Shown here in pieces: positions 1 through 6,982 of a stretch of DNA of 44,815 bases. Position 1 is the first letter of the stretch. Every line of letters starts with the position of its first letter. Origin of the DNA: a virus; IMG/VR virus record IMGVR_UViG_3300045988_148821, positions 1 through 44,815 of that record. The stretch is one strand, 5' to 3'. The position numbers were made by a program, and so were the translations under genes. Under the pieces are notes generated by a model that was not told where the DNA came from, did not search any database, and saw only the letters and a list, made by a program, of their open reading frames with translations.

Positions 1-1191
1 CAAAACGTGTTTATTGGCGGTCGTTTCCTCTCCGATTCTCAGGACAAGACTGCGAAATGTACGGGTGTACGTTTAAGTAAGGAGGCTGTCGGTTCTCGGT
101 GGGGGGCTAACGGTAACGTCTTTGTCGGCTGTGACTTCAGTGGCAGGAATGTTGACTACGCCATAGATAATCTCGGTGCTTGTTACAACAGTTTCTTTGG
201 GTGCCGTTTTGAAGACGGCGTAAAAATTCGTTTTAAAACTGAAACAGCAGATGGGTTTATCGCCTACAACACCATTGTTGGGGGCCTGGGAACTGAAACT
301 CTGCAAGTTGAGATTGACAGCACCGCTGGCGGAACGATCCGAAACAACGACATAAGCTCCTCGGCGCGCCGTGCCTATGACTTTTTTGGGGACGATAGCT
401 TTTTAACAGTTGGACGGTCGTTGACCCAGGGTGTGTTTGCCCGATTTTATGTGGGTAAGAATGCAACCCAAGCGAAGGCCGCGGACAATGATTGGCTTTT
501 CGATATTTCGACGTCCGGCATTCGCACCAAAAAGTACTACACAACCCCGTATGCAAACATTACCCTGGACAACAAGATCACTCTTTCGTCTGGGGCAGGT
601 ACCGGCTCCGTCACGATTGGGCAGTTGTACGACAAAAACATACTCTTTGGCGGTGATAGTTTGCAAACGGTTTCGCCTGAGACGACAGAAACCGTGGCAC
701 TCGGTAGGGCAGATCGCCTTTGGTCAGAACTCTTCGCCGCAACGGCCACGATCAACACGTCCGACGCCCGCTGCAAAGAGAACGTCGCCGCGCCCGACGA
801 CGCCCTCATGCGTGCTTGGGGCAAGGTAGGGTTCAAGGTCTTCCAGTTCAAGGACGCGGTTGAGAAGAAGGGCGACGACGCACGAATCCACGTCGGCGTC
901 ATCGCCCAGGAGGTGAAGGCGGCATTCGAGTCCGAAGGCTTGGACGCCTCGCGCTACGGGCTTTTCTGCCACGACTCATGGGAGGATGAGTACGAGGACG
1001 TCACCGTGGTGGATCAGCCGGAGGTGACGGACGAGGACGGGAACATCACGACGCCCGAAGTGTCGCACGTGGAAAAACGCCTGGTGATTGCAGCCGGAGA
1101 CCGGTACGGCATCCGCTACGAAGAAGCGCTGGCGTTGGAGTGCGCATACCAACGCTGGCGCCTGGCGCAGATTGAGGCGCGGCTGCCATAG
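1..1191 (+). CDS. Tailspike/tail fiber protein 2, C-terminal 396 codons (5' part at 44092..44815; gene spans the circular junction) with an intramolecular-chaperone (peptidase S74-like) auto-processing end
   Basis: Position 1 is in codon phase with the open frame starting at ATG 44092. The C-terminus carries TSDARCKEN (Ser 760-762, Lys 775-777) followed by HVGVIAQEV...YEEALALE, typical of self-cleaving tail-fiber chaperone domains. Stop TAG at 1189-1191. Confidence 0.85.
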   Translation, partial: QNVFIGGRFLSDSQDKTAKCTGVRLSKEAVGSRWGANGNVFVGCDFSGRNVDYAIDNLGACYNSFFGCRFEDGVKIRFKTETADGFIAYNTIVGGLGTETLQVEIDSTAGGTIRNNDISSSARRAYDFFGDDSFLTVGRSLTQGVFARFYVGKNATQAKAADNDWLFDISTSGIRTKKYYTTPYANITLDNKITLSSGAGTGSVTIGQLYDKNILFGGDSLQTVSPETTETVALGRADRLWSELFAATATINTSDARCKENVAAPDDALMRAWGKVGFKVFQFKDAVEKKGDDARIHVGVIAQEVKAAFESEGLDASRYGLFCHDSWEDEYEDVTVVDQPEVTDEDGNITTPEVSHVEKRLVIAAGDRYGIRYEEALALECAYQRWRLAQIEARLP

Positions 1192-1204
1192 CACAAAACA
1201 CAAG

Positions 1205-1229
1205 CCCCGGGAAACCGGGGTTTTCGTTT
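1205..1229 (+). terminator. Rho-independent terminator after the tailspike gene
   Basis: CCCCGG-gaaa-CCGGGG stem-loop followed by TTTTCGTTT. Confidence 0.8.
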
Positions 1230-1292
1230 ATGTGCGCGTATCCACAACACTTTGCCCGATCATTCTCGTGTCAGTAATTCCAGGCCTTTCGC

Positions 1293-1336
1293 GGGGGTGC
1301 AGTTGTTGGCTTGCGCGTCTGGTTTACTTGCGGTAG
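1293..1336 (+). promoter_or_regulatory. Late bipartite element copy 1 (box 1 exact, box 2 degenerate), upstream of the holin
   Basis: GGGGGTGCAGTTGTTG, a 19-nt spacer, then TTGCGGTAG. It lies between the terminator at 1205-1229 and the holin ATG at 1357. Confidence 0.6.
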
Positions 1337-1356
1337 TCAACGAGAACGAGATTCCC

Positions 1357-1653
1357 ATGCAGGAACACAGTGAAGCGTATTCCTACCTTTTTTCCATAGG
1401 GGTAGCGGTTATGGCACAGGCAGCGATGGCTTTAAACAGAAAGGCGAAGGGGGAACCCTTCAGCATGCTTGAGTTTGTTTCGTCATTGGTGGCGGCCGGC
1501 GTCATGGGCCTGTGCATCTGTATGGCCTGTCATGCCTGTGGCCTGGGGTACGAATGGGGCGGGGCGCTGGCCGGTCTCGGGGGAATGCTTGGTAAGGACG
1601 CCGTCGTGGAAATTGTCCTGCCGGCGCTTAAGAAATACATGGGGATTCAGTGA
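1357..1653 (+). CDS. Putative holin (about 3 hydrophobic segments)
   Basis: 98-aa protein with hydrophobic stretches (YLFSIGVAVMAQAAMAL, FVSSLVAAGVMGLCICMACHA, GGALAGLGGMLG). It is the first gene of the cassette that contains the endolysin and spanins. ATG 1357 chosen inside ORF 1252..1653. Confidence 0.6.
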   Translation: MQEHSEAYSYLFSIGVAVMAQAAMALNRKAKGEPFSMLEFVSSLVAAGVMGLCICMACHACGLGYEWGGALAGLGGMLGKDAVVEIVLPALKKYMGIQ

Positions 1654-1791
1654 TGATCCGATTAGGTTGTACACAAGGCTGGACGAATTAGGTTGCACAT
1701 TTCGAAGAGAATAAAAAGAAACCTCCGAAGCGGTAGGACGCGACGGAGGCTGAGTACAACGAACTAATAGAAGTTACGAGATTGATTATAT

Positions 1792-1938
1792 ATGAAATTA
1801 GCAGAAATTGTAGAGGCCTTAAGTATGGCTCAGGATTTGCCGATTTTGCTCGCTCTGCCGATTTACATAATTGCTTATGCGGCCGTGGCCTGGATGATCG
1901 CGAAGGCTGTAGAGGCGTGGCGGAGGGCGCTGAAGTGA
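1792..1938 (+). CDS. 48-aa single-TM protein (holin/antiholin-like lysis accessory candidate)
   Basis: ATG 1792 gives MKLAEIVEALSMAQDLPILLALPIYIIAYAAVAWMIAKAVEAWRRALK. Its TGA (1936-1938) overlaps the endolysin GTG (1935) as GTGA. Too short for the 60-aa ORF track. Confidence 0.5.
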   Translation: MKLAEIVEALSMAQDLPILLALPIYIIAYAAVAWMIAKAVEAWRRALK

Positions 1939-2312
1939 AGTTTGGTTTCTTTGACGAAAAGGAGCTGCAGAGTCCCAATGATCCGCACAAGTCTCCTTTT
2001 CCGCACGTGGTGCGCGATGAGCTTTTGAATCTTTTGAACCGCATCCGCCGGGAGTGGGGCAAGCCGGTCATTGTGAACTCGGGCTATCGCAGTCCGGAAT
2101 ACAACGCGACGATTCCTGGGGCCGTGCCTAATTCGTATCACACGAAAGGCATGGCGGCGGACATTCGACCGGATGATCCGTCTCTGATTTCCGAGTTTCA
2201 GGACTTGTGCCTGGAGCTCAATAAGGACGGCGGTGCCGGGCTTTACGACGCGTTCGTCCATGTTGACGTGCGTGGTCATCACGCTTTTTGGGACTACAGG
2301 GGTAGTAAATGA
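1935..2312 (+). CDS. Endolysin, peptidase M15-type (D-Ala-D-Ala carboxypeptidase-like, zinc-dependent)
   Basis: SGYRSPEYN, SYHTKGMAAD (H-x6-D) and FVHVDV motifs. GTG 1935 is preceded by GGAGGG 7 nt upstream. The longer ORF from 1782 has an implausible N-terminus. Confidence 0.8.
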   Translation: MKFGFFDEKELQSPNDPHKSPFPHVVRDELLNLLNRIRREWGKPVIVNSGYRSPEYNATIPGAVPNSYHTKGMAADIRPDDPSLISEFQDLCLELNKDGGAGLYDAFVHVDVRGHHAFWDYRGSK

Positions 2313-2525
2313 AAAAATTATCCGACTCTCATCTGGAAGAATTGGGGGACGACGGTTCGCCTGCATCACACCAAGAAAGGCCGCGTCTATATTCAGGCGC
2401 TTATCACCGATGAAAAGCAGTTCGCCGAAGGGTACGTCAAGCTGAGCCGGCAGGAGGTTGATGACTTCATCGCTATCCTGACCGAAGCGAAAGAACTCCG
2501 GGCCAAGAAGAAGGGGAAGAAGTGA
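2309..2525 (+). pseudogene. Small lysis-cassette ORF interrupted by a +1 frame change at a G5 run (about 72 aa if repaired)
   Basis: ATG 2309 overlaps the endolysin stop (ATGA) and reads MKKLSDSHLEELG up to GGGGG at 2344-2348. The start-less frame-0 ORF 2313-2525 continues TTVRLHHTKKGRVYIQALITDEKQF...KKGKK. Its TGA overlaps the next ATG (2525). Confidence 0.4.
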
Positions 2526-2791
2526 TGTGTGAATGCTACCGACGGACGGAATTGTCGGATACCGTTAAACCGATGTTAAGCGCCGACTACAAAGAACGCT
2601 TCAAGGCTGAGTACCTTCAGCTTCTGATCCGAAAGGACAAGCTGGAGACTATGTGCTTCTTTTGGGACAAAGGGGACTTGGACTTTAATCCGACGTGCCC
2701 CCGTGAGCTTTATCAGAAGCAGCTCGACGCTATGAGTAGCTATTTGGATGTGCTTCGGCAACGGGCGAAACTCGAAGGGGTCGAGCTGTGA
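2525..2791 (+). CDS. Hypothetical small phage protein (88 aa)
   Basis: ORF 2522..2791. ATG 2525 overlaps the upstream TGA, and its 3' end overlaps the i-spanin start (GTGA at 2788). Confidence 0.6.
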   Translation: MCECYRRTELSDTVKPMLSADYKERFKAEYLQLLIRKDKLETMCFFWDKGDLDFNPTCPRELYQKQLDAMSSYLDVLRQRAKLEGVEL

Positions 2792-3204
2792 AAGACTACG
2801 TTTACATGGTGGCGGTCGTCTTGGCCTTCGGCGCGGGGGCTTGGTTGACCTCCGCGCACTATGACCGGGAAATTGCCCTCATGGAGGCGGCGCAGTCTGA
2901 CGCGCTGCGGGCGGCGGAGAGAAAGAATGCAGAAGGACTTTCAAAAGCAACAGACACGATCAACTTGGCGCAAGCTGAGTACAACGATTTGCGCAGTGAG
3001 CTTGATCGTGCTCGCGCCCGGTTGCGCCACGCGGACGGTAACGGCTCCGCCGGCGGAGATTCCGCAGACACTCTTAAAAAGCGAGTTGCCCGACTGGAAG
3101 GCCTGGTTCAAAGATTGGCTGACTCTGGTTCAGAGTGCGGCCGACTCTATCAGCGGTGTGCCGCAAACCACGACGCATTAGCTGCAGTAGTAGGAGGAAA
3201 GTAA
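2788..3204 (+). CDS. i-spanin (Rz-like)
   Basis: N-terminal TM (VYMVAVVLAFGAGAWLTS) followed by a long charged coiled-coil region. An embedded +1-frame lipoprotein ORF lies within it, downstream of the endolysin. Confidence 0.8.
   Translation: MKDYVYMVAVVLAFGAGAWLTSAHYDREIALMEAAQSDALRAAERKNAEGLSKATDTINLAQAEYNDLRSELDRARARLRHADGNGSAGGDSADTLKKRVARLEGLVQRLADSGSECGRLYQRCAANHDALAAVVGGK
2927..3181 (+). CDS. o-spanin (Rz1-like lipoprotein) fully embedded in the i-spanin gene
   Basis: ATG 2927 with GGAGAG 6 nt upstream. Signal-like TTICAVSLIVLAPGC with a Cys for lipidation (lipobox slightly non-canonical) and a Pro-rich mature part (TAPPAEIPQ). Confidence 0.7.
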   Translation: MQKDFQKQQTRSTWRKLSTTICAVSLIVLAPGCATRTVTAPPAEIPQTLLKSELPDWKAWFKDWLTLVQSAADSISGVPQTTTH

Positions 3205-3205
3205 G

Positions 3206-3409
3206 ATGGAAGCGGTAAAGGTATTCTGCCCGGAATGCGGGAAGCGTCTCTTCGACCTATCGCTCGAACACCCTCCGGGTGGTACGCTACGGATACGGTG
3301 TCGCAAGTGCAAGACGCTTGATGTATTTGACCTTTCTGTATACAATAAACCCGATCTGCAGAACCGTTCGGATTCTGCTTCACACAAGGCCCCTGAGCCT
3401 AATCCTTAG
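3206..3409 (+). CDS. Mu Com-like zinc-finger protein (putative translational regulator)
   Basis: VFCPECGKRLFDL...LRIRCRKCKTLDVF matches the Com pattern C-x2-C-x-K-x-LF ... IRC-x2-CK (four Cys). 67 aa. Confidence 0.7.
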   Translation: MEAVKVFCPECGKRLFDLSLEHPPGGTLRIRCRKCKTLDVFDLSVYNKPDLQNRSDSASHKAPEPNP

Positions 3410-3447
3410 CGCCAACCGAGCGCACATTTCCAGAGAACCACGAGTTC

Positions 3448-3471
3448 CATGACAACAGGAGTTTTGTCATG
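3448..3471 (+). promoter_or_regulatory. Perfect 8-bp stem-loop occluding the start codon of the gene at 3469
   Basis: CATGACAA (3448-3455) and TTGTCATG (3464-3471) form the stem. The loop CAGGAGTT carries the SD, and ATG 3469-3471 lies in the 3' arm. Confidence 0.6.
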
Positions 3472-4110
3472 GCTTTTGAAGAATCTTCCGGTGTCGCCAA
3501 GGCTGGTTTGACTACCGGCATCATCGGTACCGCTTTGTCGGGTTTGTTGGCCCTTGGTGGAAACGGCGGCGGTCTTTTGGGCGGCGGCCTTTTCGGAAAC
3601 AACAACGCGCAGATGGCGGCCATGGGTGTTCTTGCTGAGAAGGACGCCAAGATCGCTGAGCTGACCGCGCAAAAGTACTCGGACAACCAGGACGCCGTGC
3701 TGTATCAGGCGACCCGTTCCGAGAACGAGAAGCTCGAAAACCGTCTGATGGCTTTCATTACGCCCCTGTCCCAGGAGGCTGCGCAGAACCGCGAACGCGT
3801 TGCAGTGCTCGAAGCTCAGCAGGCGAAGAATGGGGAAATCGCTGATCTGCGCGAAAAGCTCGTTCGCGCCGAACTTGGTGGCCGCATCGACGCTGTGGCG
3901 CAGGCCTGCGACTGCGGCATCCGTCAGAACTCGGCTGCCATTGCCGCCTTGCAGAACACTGTGAACGGCATCACGCAGACGATCATCCCGCAGTCCGTCA
4001 TCTGCCCGCCGGTAATGCCGCGTTACAACGCGTGGCAGGCTCCGGCGACGACTGACGTGGCTCCGGCCACTCAGCCGATTTCCGGTACCGTCCGGGTGCA
4101 GCGGAGCTGA
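3469..4110 (+). CDS. Hypothetical protein with Gly-rich hydrophobic N-terminus and a coiled-coil centre (213 aa)
   Basis: N-terminus GLTTGIIGTALSGLLALGGNGGGLLGGGLFG (glycine-zipper-like), then heptad-like charged region and a Pro-rich tail. No family recognised. Confidence 0.6.
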   Translation: MAFEESSGVAKAGLTTGIIGTALSGLLALGGNGGGLLGGGLFGNNNAQMAAMGVLAEKDAKIAELTAQKYSDNQDAVLYQATRSENEKLENRLMAFITPLSQEAAQNRERVAVLEAQQAKNGEIADLREKLVRAELGGRIDAVAQACDCGIRQNSAAIAALQNTVNGITQTIIPQSVICPPVMPRYNAWQAPATTDVAPATQPISGTVRVQRS

Positions 4111-4112
4111 CC

Positions 4113-4454
4113 ATGAGAATGCCGATTGGAAATCTGCAGGTGGTGGTGCTTGAGTTCGTGCAGCAGGTGCTCATCCCCGCAGCTGAGACGAAGGGCGGCA
4201 TGCTGCCCTTCTCAGTCGGCATCGTCGGGGGCCTTGTTGCGAGACAGGCTCCCGCGATGGCTGCCCAGTATCTTCCCCTGATGAAGTCTCTCGGGATAGC
4301 TGACGAACAAAACCGTATCGACGTTGACCTGCTTTATGAGGAGGTCTCGAAGAATCTCGAAGCGCATCCGTTCAACATCGGGCCGTATAAGCCGGATAAG
4401 GCTGATCTGGATAAGCTGCGGGAAATCATGAACCGCCATGGAGAACAGTCATGA
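4113..4454 (+). CDS. Hypothetical protein (113 aa)
   Basis: ORF starting 2 nt after the previous stop; coding-like composition. Confidence 0.55.
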   Translation: MRMPIGNLQVVVLEFVQQVLIPAAETKGGMLPFSVGIVGGLVARQAPAMAAQYLPLMKSLGIADEQNRIDVDLLYEEVSKNLEAHPFNIGPYKPDKADLDKLREIMNRHGEQS

Positions 4455-4630
4455 ACATGGATCAGACGAAAATGCAGTGCGAACGCGCCGTCACCCAGTT
4501 GACAGAAGAACTGGATCGTCGCCTGGATAACGCGCGGGATTCTTCCCACATGAACCGTGAGGAAATCTGCGCGGTGAAGGACTTGCTCAAGGCCCTTTGG
4601 TATGCGAAGGCTGTCTGCAAAGAAGCATGA
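4451..4630 (+). CDS. Hypothetical protein (59 aa)
   Basis: ATG 4451 overlaps the upstream TGA (ATGA). Reads MNMDQTKMQCERAVTQLTEELDRRLDNARDSSHMNREEICAVKDLLKALWYAKAVCKEA. Just below the ORF-track cutoff. Confidence 0.5.
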   Translation: MNMDQTKMQCERAVTQLTEELDRRLDNARDSSHMNREEICAVKDLLKALWYAKAVCKEA

Positions 4631-4647
4631 CGCCTTCAGGTAAAATT

Positions 4648-4678
4648 GAACCCCGGGTACCTTCGGTGCTCGGGGTTC
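4648..4678 (+). other. GC-rich stem-loop at the end of the cargo operon (no U-tract)
   Basis: GAACCCCG (4648-4655) pairs with CGGGGTTC (4671-4678). Confidence 0.5.
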
Positions 4679-4745
4679 CGTGTCTCAGGCGCTCGAAGGC
4701 GCTCGGAACATCTGCCCGACATTGTACTCATTTCTCGACGGTACT

Positions 4746-5010
4746 GGGGAGAAAAATGGGGAGAATTTTAAAGGTCGCCCGCTATGCCAATAAAGACAGG
4801 GATATTCAATTCTGACCTACCGCACCATTTATAATTTTTTGAAGTACCCCTCGAACGCCCGCCATTATTGGTTTGGGCGTTTTTCTTTGTTTGAAATCCG
4901 CACGCTCAACTACGTTTCTCCCTGCTTTCTCCCTATGAACAAATATGAACAAATGCGAACAAGTGGTAACCTTCGCTAGGGAGAAAACTAGGGAGAAAAT
5001 TTTTCTCCCT
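4746..5010. repeat. attP-like field of short protein-binding-type repeats upstream of int
   Basis: GGGAGAA(A) motif x7: forward at 4746, 4758, 4978, 4990; inverted (TTTCTCCCT) at 4915-4923, 4926-4934, 5002-5010. Three 10-bp-phased (T/C)GAACAA(A/G)T repeats at 4936-4964. Confidence 0.65.
4854..4893 (+). terminator. Terminator-like hairpin plus T-run inside the att region
   Basis: AACGCCC (4854-4860) pairs with GGGCGTT (4875-4881), followed by TTTTCTTTGTTT. Confidence 0.45.
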
Positions 5011-5027
5011 GAAACGGAGGAATTCTC

Positions 5028-6317
5028 ATGGCGGTCAAGATTACCCAGAAGAACGCCTCTGGCTTTCCTGCCGGGGTGTATCAAGATGTATCTCTGCAGT
5101 GCTTCTATCTGATAGTCCAAAAGGGCGAGAAGTATCGGTGGTGGGTTTACCGGCGCACAATCAACCGGAAACGGTACGACACCGGGCTGGGGAGCGTGGC
5201 GAAAGTTCCTTTGGCTAAGGCAAGGGCTGCAGCGCAGAAACTGAGTGCACTCACTGATGACGAGTTCCTGGCGATGCGTGAGCAGAAGAAGGAGAAGCGA
5301 GAAGCCGAGAAGGCCCCGGCGAAAAAAGACATTACGTTCGCCCAGGCGGCCGAACTCTACATTGCCCGTCAGTACGAAGAACGGTATTGGACGCAGGAGA
5401 AGTCAGGTGAGAAGACTTTCCGGAATCATTTGAAAAACCACATACTGCCTTTTATAGGTGAAGTTCCGGTAGACCAACTGACGCCCGAAGATGTGCAGTT
5501 GGTGGCCGAAGATACCAAGGACATACCGGCGACGCAGGAACGCTGCTTGTCGCATATCTCCGTTGTCCACACATGGGCTGGCTCAAGAAAGTATCTTTCT
5601 GATCCAGACAGGCGCAGCCCGGCTAGTAAGCAAGGGCGGCTACGGTTCATGATTCCGGCGACAAAAGTAAAGAGGGGCCATCGTGGCGCTCTGTCTCCGG
5701 AAGATCTACCCAACTTTTTCGCTGCCTGCATGGCGCAACCCCAGATCATCAGCCGACAGTGCTTTGAGCTTTCTATTTTGTGCGCTCTGCGTTCGGAGAC
5801 GGCTCGCAAACTACGGTGGGAACACGTCAGGTGGGACGAGAAGATTATCGTGTGTCCGCCTGAGATCATGAAGGTTCCGGAGAATGGCCCGCTGGTGGTT
5901 CCGATGTGCCCACGTGTTGAGGCGTTTTTAAAAACGGTCAACCCGAATCCGCCGGCGGAGGGCTTGATCTTCTCGAATCATTGGGGCGAATTGCTGACCG
6001 ACTCGATAATTAGCCGATATGTAAAGCTGACTCCGGGCAAATGGATTGATAAGCAGCAGACGTTGTTGCAAGGGAAAGAAGTCCGGGCGACTCAGCACGG
6101 CATAGCCCGGGCCACGTTTATGACATGGAGTCAGGACGACGTGCTGGGGAATGACTTGCGGTTTGACGTGAAGGTGGCGCACCGGGCGCTGCATCATAAG
6201 GTGAAAGATGACGGCGGGGATGGGGCCTACGAGCGGCAGACGTTGTTCCTGCGCCGGCGCGAACTGATGACCGCGTGGGCGGATTACTGTTTCAGTAAGG
6301 TGAAGGAAGCTGTATGA
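5028..6317 (+). CDS. int: Tyrosine recombinase/integrase, P4-like
   Basis: N-terminal arm-binding-like region (FYLIVQKGEKYRWWVYRR). Catalytic signature ALRSETARKL ... HGIARATF (H-x-x-R) ... HRALHH...GAYERQ (Tyr). SD GGAGG sits upstream of ATG 5028. Confidence 0.9.
   Translation: MAVKITQKNASGFPAGVYQDVSLQCFYLIVQKGEKYRWWVYRRTINRKRYDTGLGSVAKVPLAKARAAAQKLSALTDDEFLAMREQKKEKREAEKAPAKKDITFAQAAELYIARQYEERYWTQEKSGEKTFRNHLKNHILPFIGEVPVDQLTPEDVQLVAEDTKDIPATQERCLSHISVVHTWAGSRKYLSDPDRRSPASKQGRLRFMIPATKVKRGHRGALSPEDLPNFFAACMAQPQIISRQCFELSILCALRSETARKLRWEHVRWDEKIIVCPPEIMKVPENGPLVVPMCPRVEAFLKTVNPNPPAEGLIFSNHWGELLTDSIISRYVKLTPGKWIDKQQTLLQGKEVRATQHGIARATFMTWSQDDVLGNDLRFDVKVAHRALHHKVKDDGGDGAYERQTLFLRRRELMTAWADYCFSKVKEAV
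5494..5532 (+). promoter_or_regulatory. Degenerate sixth copy of the late bipartite element, inside the int coding sequence
   Basis: TGCAGTTGGTG (10/11) at 5494-5504, an 18-nt spacer, then ATACCGGCGA (9/10 to copy 2 box 2) at 5523-5532. Confidence 0.45.
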
Positions 6318-6913
6318 GACAGTTGAAAACTTTTACTTTAAAACTAAAAGGTGACACTGATTATCCTGGCCTGATTGAGATTAAAGCTGAAAATCTGATA
6401 GACATTGCAGATTTAGATGTAGATGTAGCAAAGGCCAAACTTGAGGTGCTATGTCGCTCGAAAGGATATAACGGGGTAATTGATGCCGTTTTGTTTTCTC
6501 GGTTTGAGCCTGCAGTAAAACAGGTGATGATCCATATTACCGGTCGGCCGGTTGTTTTCTCTGCCTTAACTGCGAAAGACAGAGTAGTAGCCGGTGGCAA
6601 TGCAACGATTGGGTTCTTGTCGTCACGAGTGTTCCGGCGGGGCTTAGCGCTTGTTTTCTTTTTTACCGTGGTGGTCTTTGGGGGGATATTCGCTGTCCAC
6701 AAATACAATCATATGATTAAGTACGAGGGGAGAAAAATCTATATTTCATGTTTAGCAGAACATAATTTACTAAAAGGTAATGAAAACTATGGGTATATAT
6801 TTGATTTTGAGATAAGGAGAGAGGCGAATTTCGATAAAAACAAACAAAACGTCATCAGATTGTGTGATAAAAAAGAAAGTGACTTTGTTACAAAAAGAAC
6901 GCTTTTTGATTAA
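6314..6913 (+). CDS. Membrane-anchored hypothetical protein, AT-rich moron coupled to int
   Basis: ATG 6314 overlaps the int TGA (ATGA). One TM segment (LALVFFFTVVVFGGIFAV). The 3' third is conspicuously AT-rich compared with the rest of the genome. Confidence 0.65.
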   Translation: MRQLKTFTLKLKGDTDYPGLIEIKAENLIDIADLDVDVAKAKLEVLCRSKGYNGVIDAVLFSRFEPAVKQVMIHITGRPVVFSALTAKDRVVAGGNATIGFLSSRVFRRGLALVFFFTVVVFGGIFAVHKYNHMIKYEGRKIYISCLAEHNLLKGNENYGYIFDFEIRREANFDKNKQNVIRLCDKKESDFVTKRTLFD

Positions 6914-6915
6914 CA

Positions 6916-6957
6916 AAAATAATCCCCGTCAGATTTTCGTTTGACGGGGATTATTTT
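6916..6957. terminator. Bidirectional terminator between the convergent moron and xis genes
   Basis: Perfect 16-bp stem AAAATAATCCCCGTCA / TGACGGGGATTATTTT with a 10-nt loop and A/T tracts on both sides. Confidence 0.85.
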
Positions 6958-6982
6958 CGTGACGCTGCGAAGATGATCGCCT

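Noticed and set aside
1-55. The 55-bp terminal repeat as a true direct terminal repeat of the virion DNA
   Set aside because: It lies in the middle of a tailspike coding sequence that reads in phase across the junction. Its short fixed length is what assemblers leave on circular contigs.
2310-2525. TGA read-through extending the endolysin by 71 codons (the start-less ORF is in the endolysin frame)
   Set aside because: An ATG overlapping the endolysin stop plus a frame change at the G5 run explains both halves more simply. TGA is used as a genuine stop throughout this genome.
4597-5120. ORFs 4597..4815 (+) and 4806..5120 (-) in the att region
   Set aside because: They have no RBS and implausible composition. 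They span hairpins and the repeat field, so the region is better explained as non-coding attP and int regulatory DNA.
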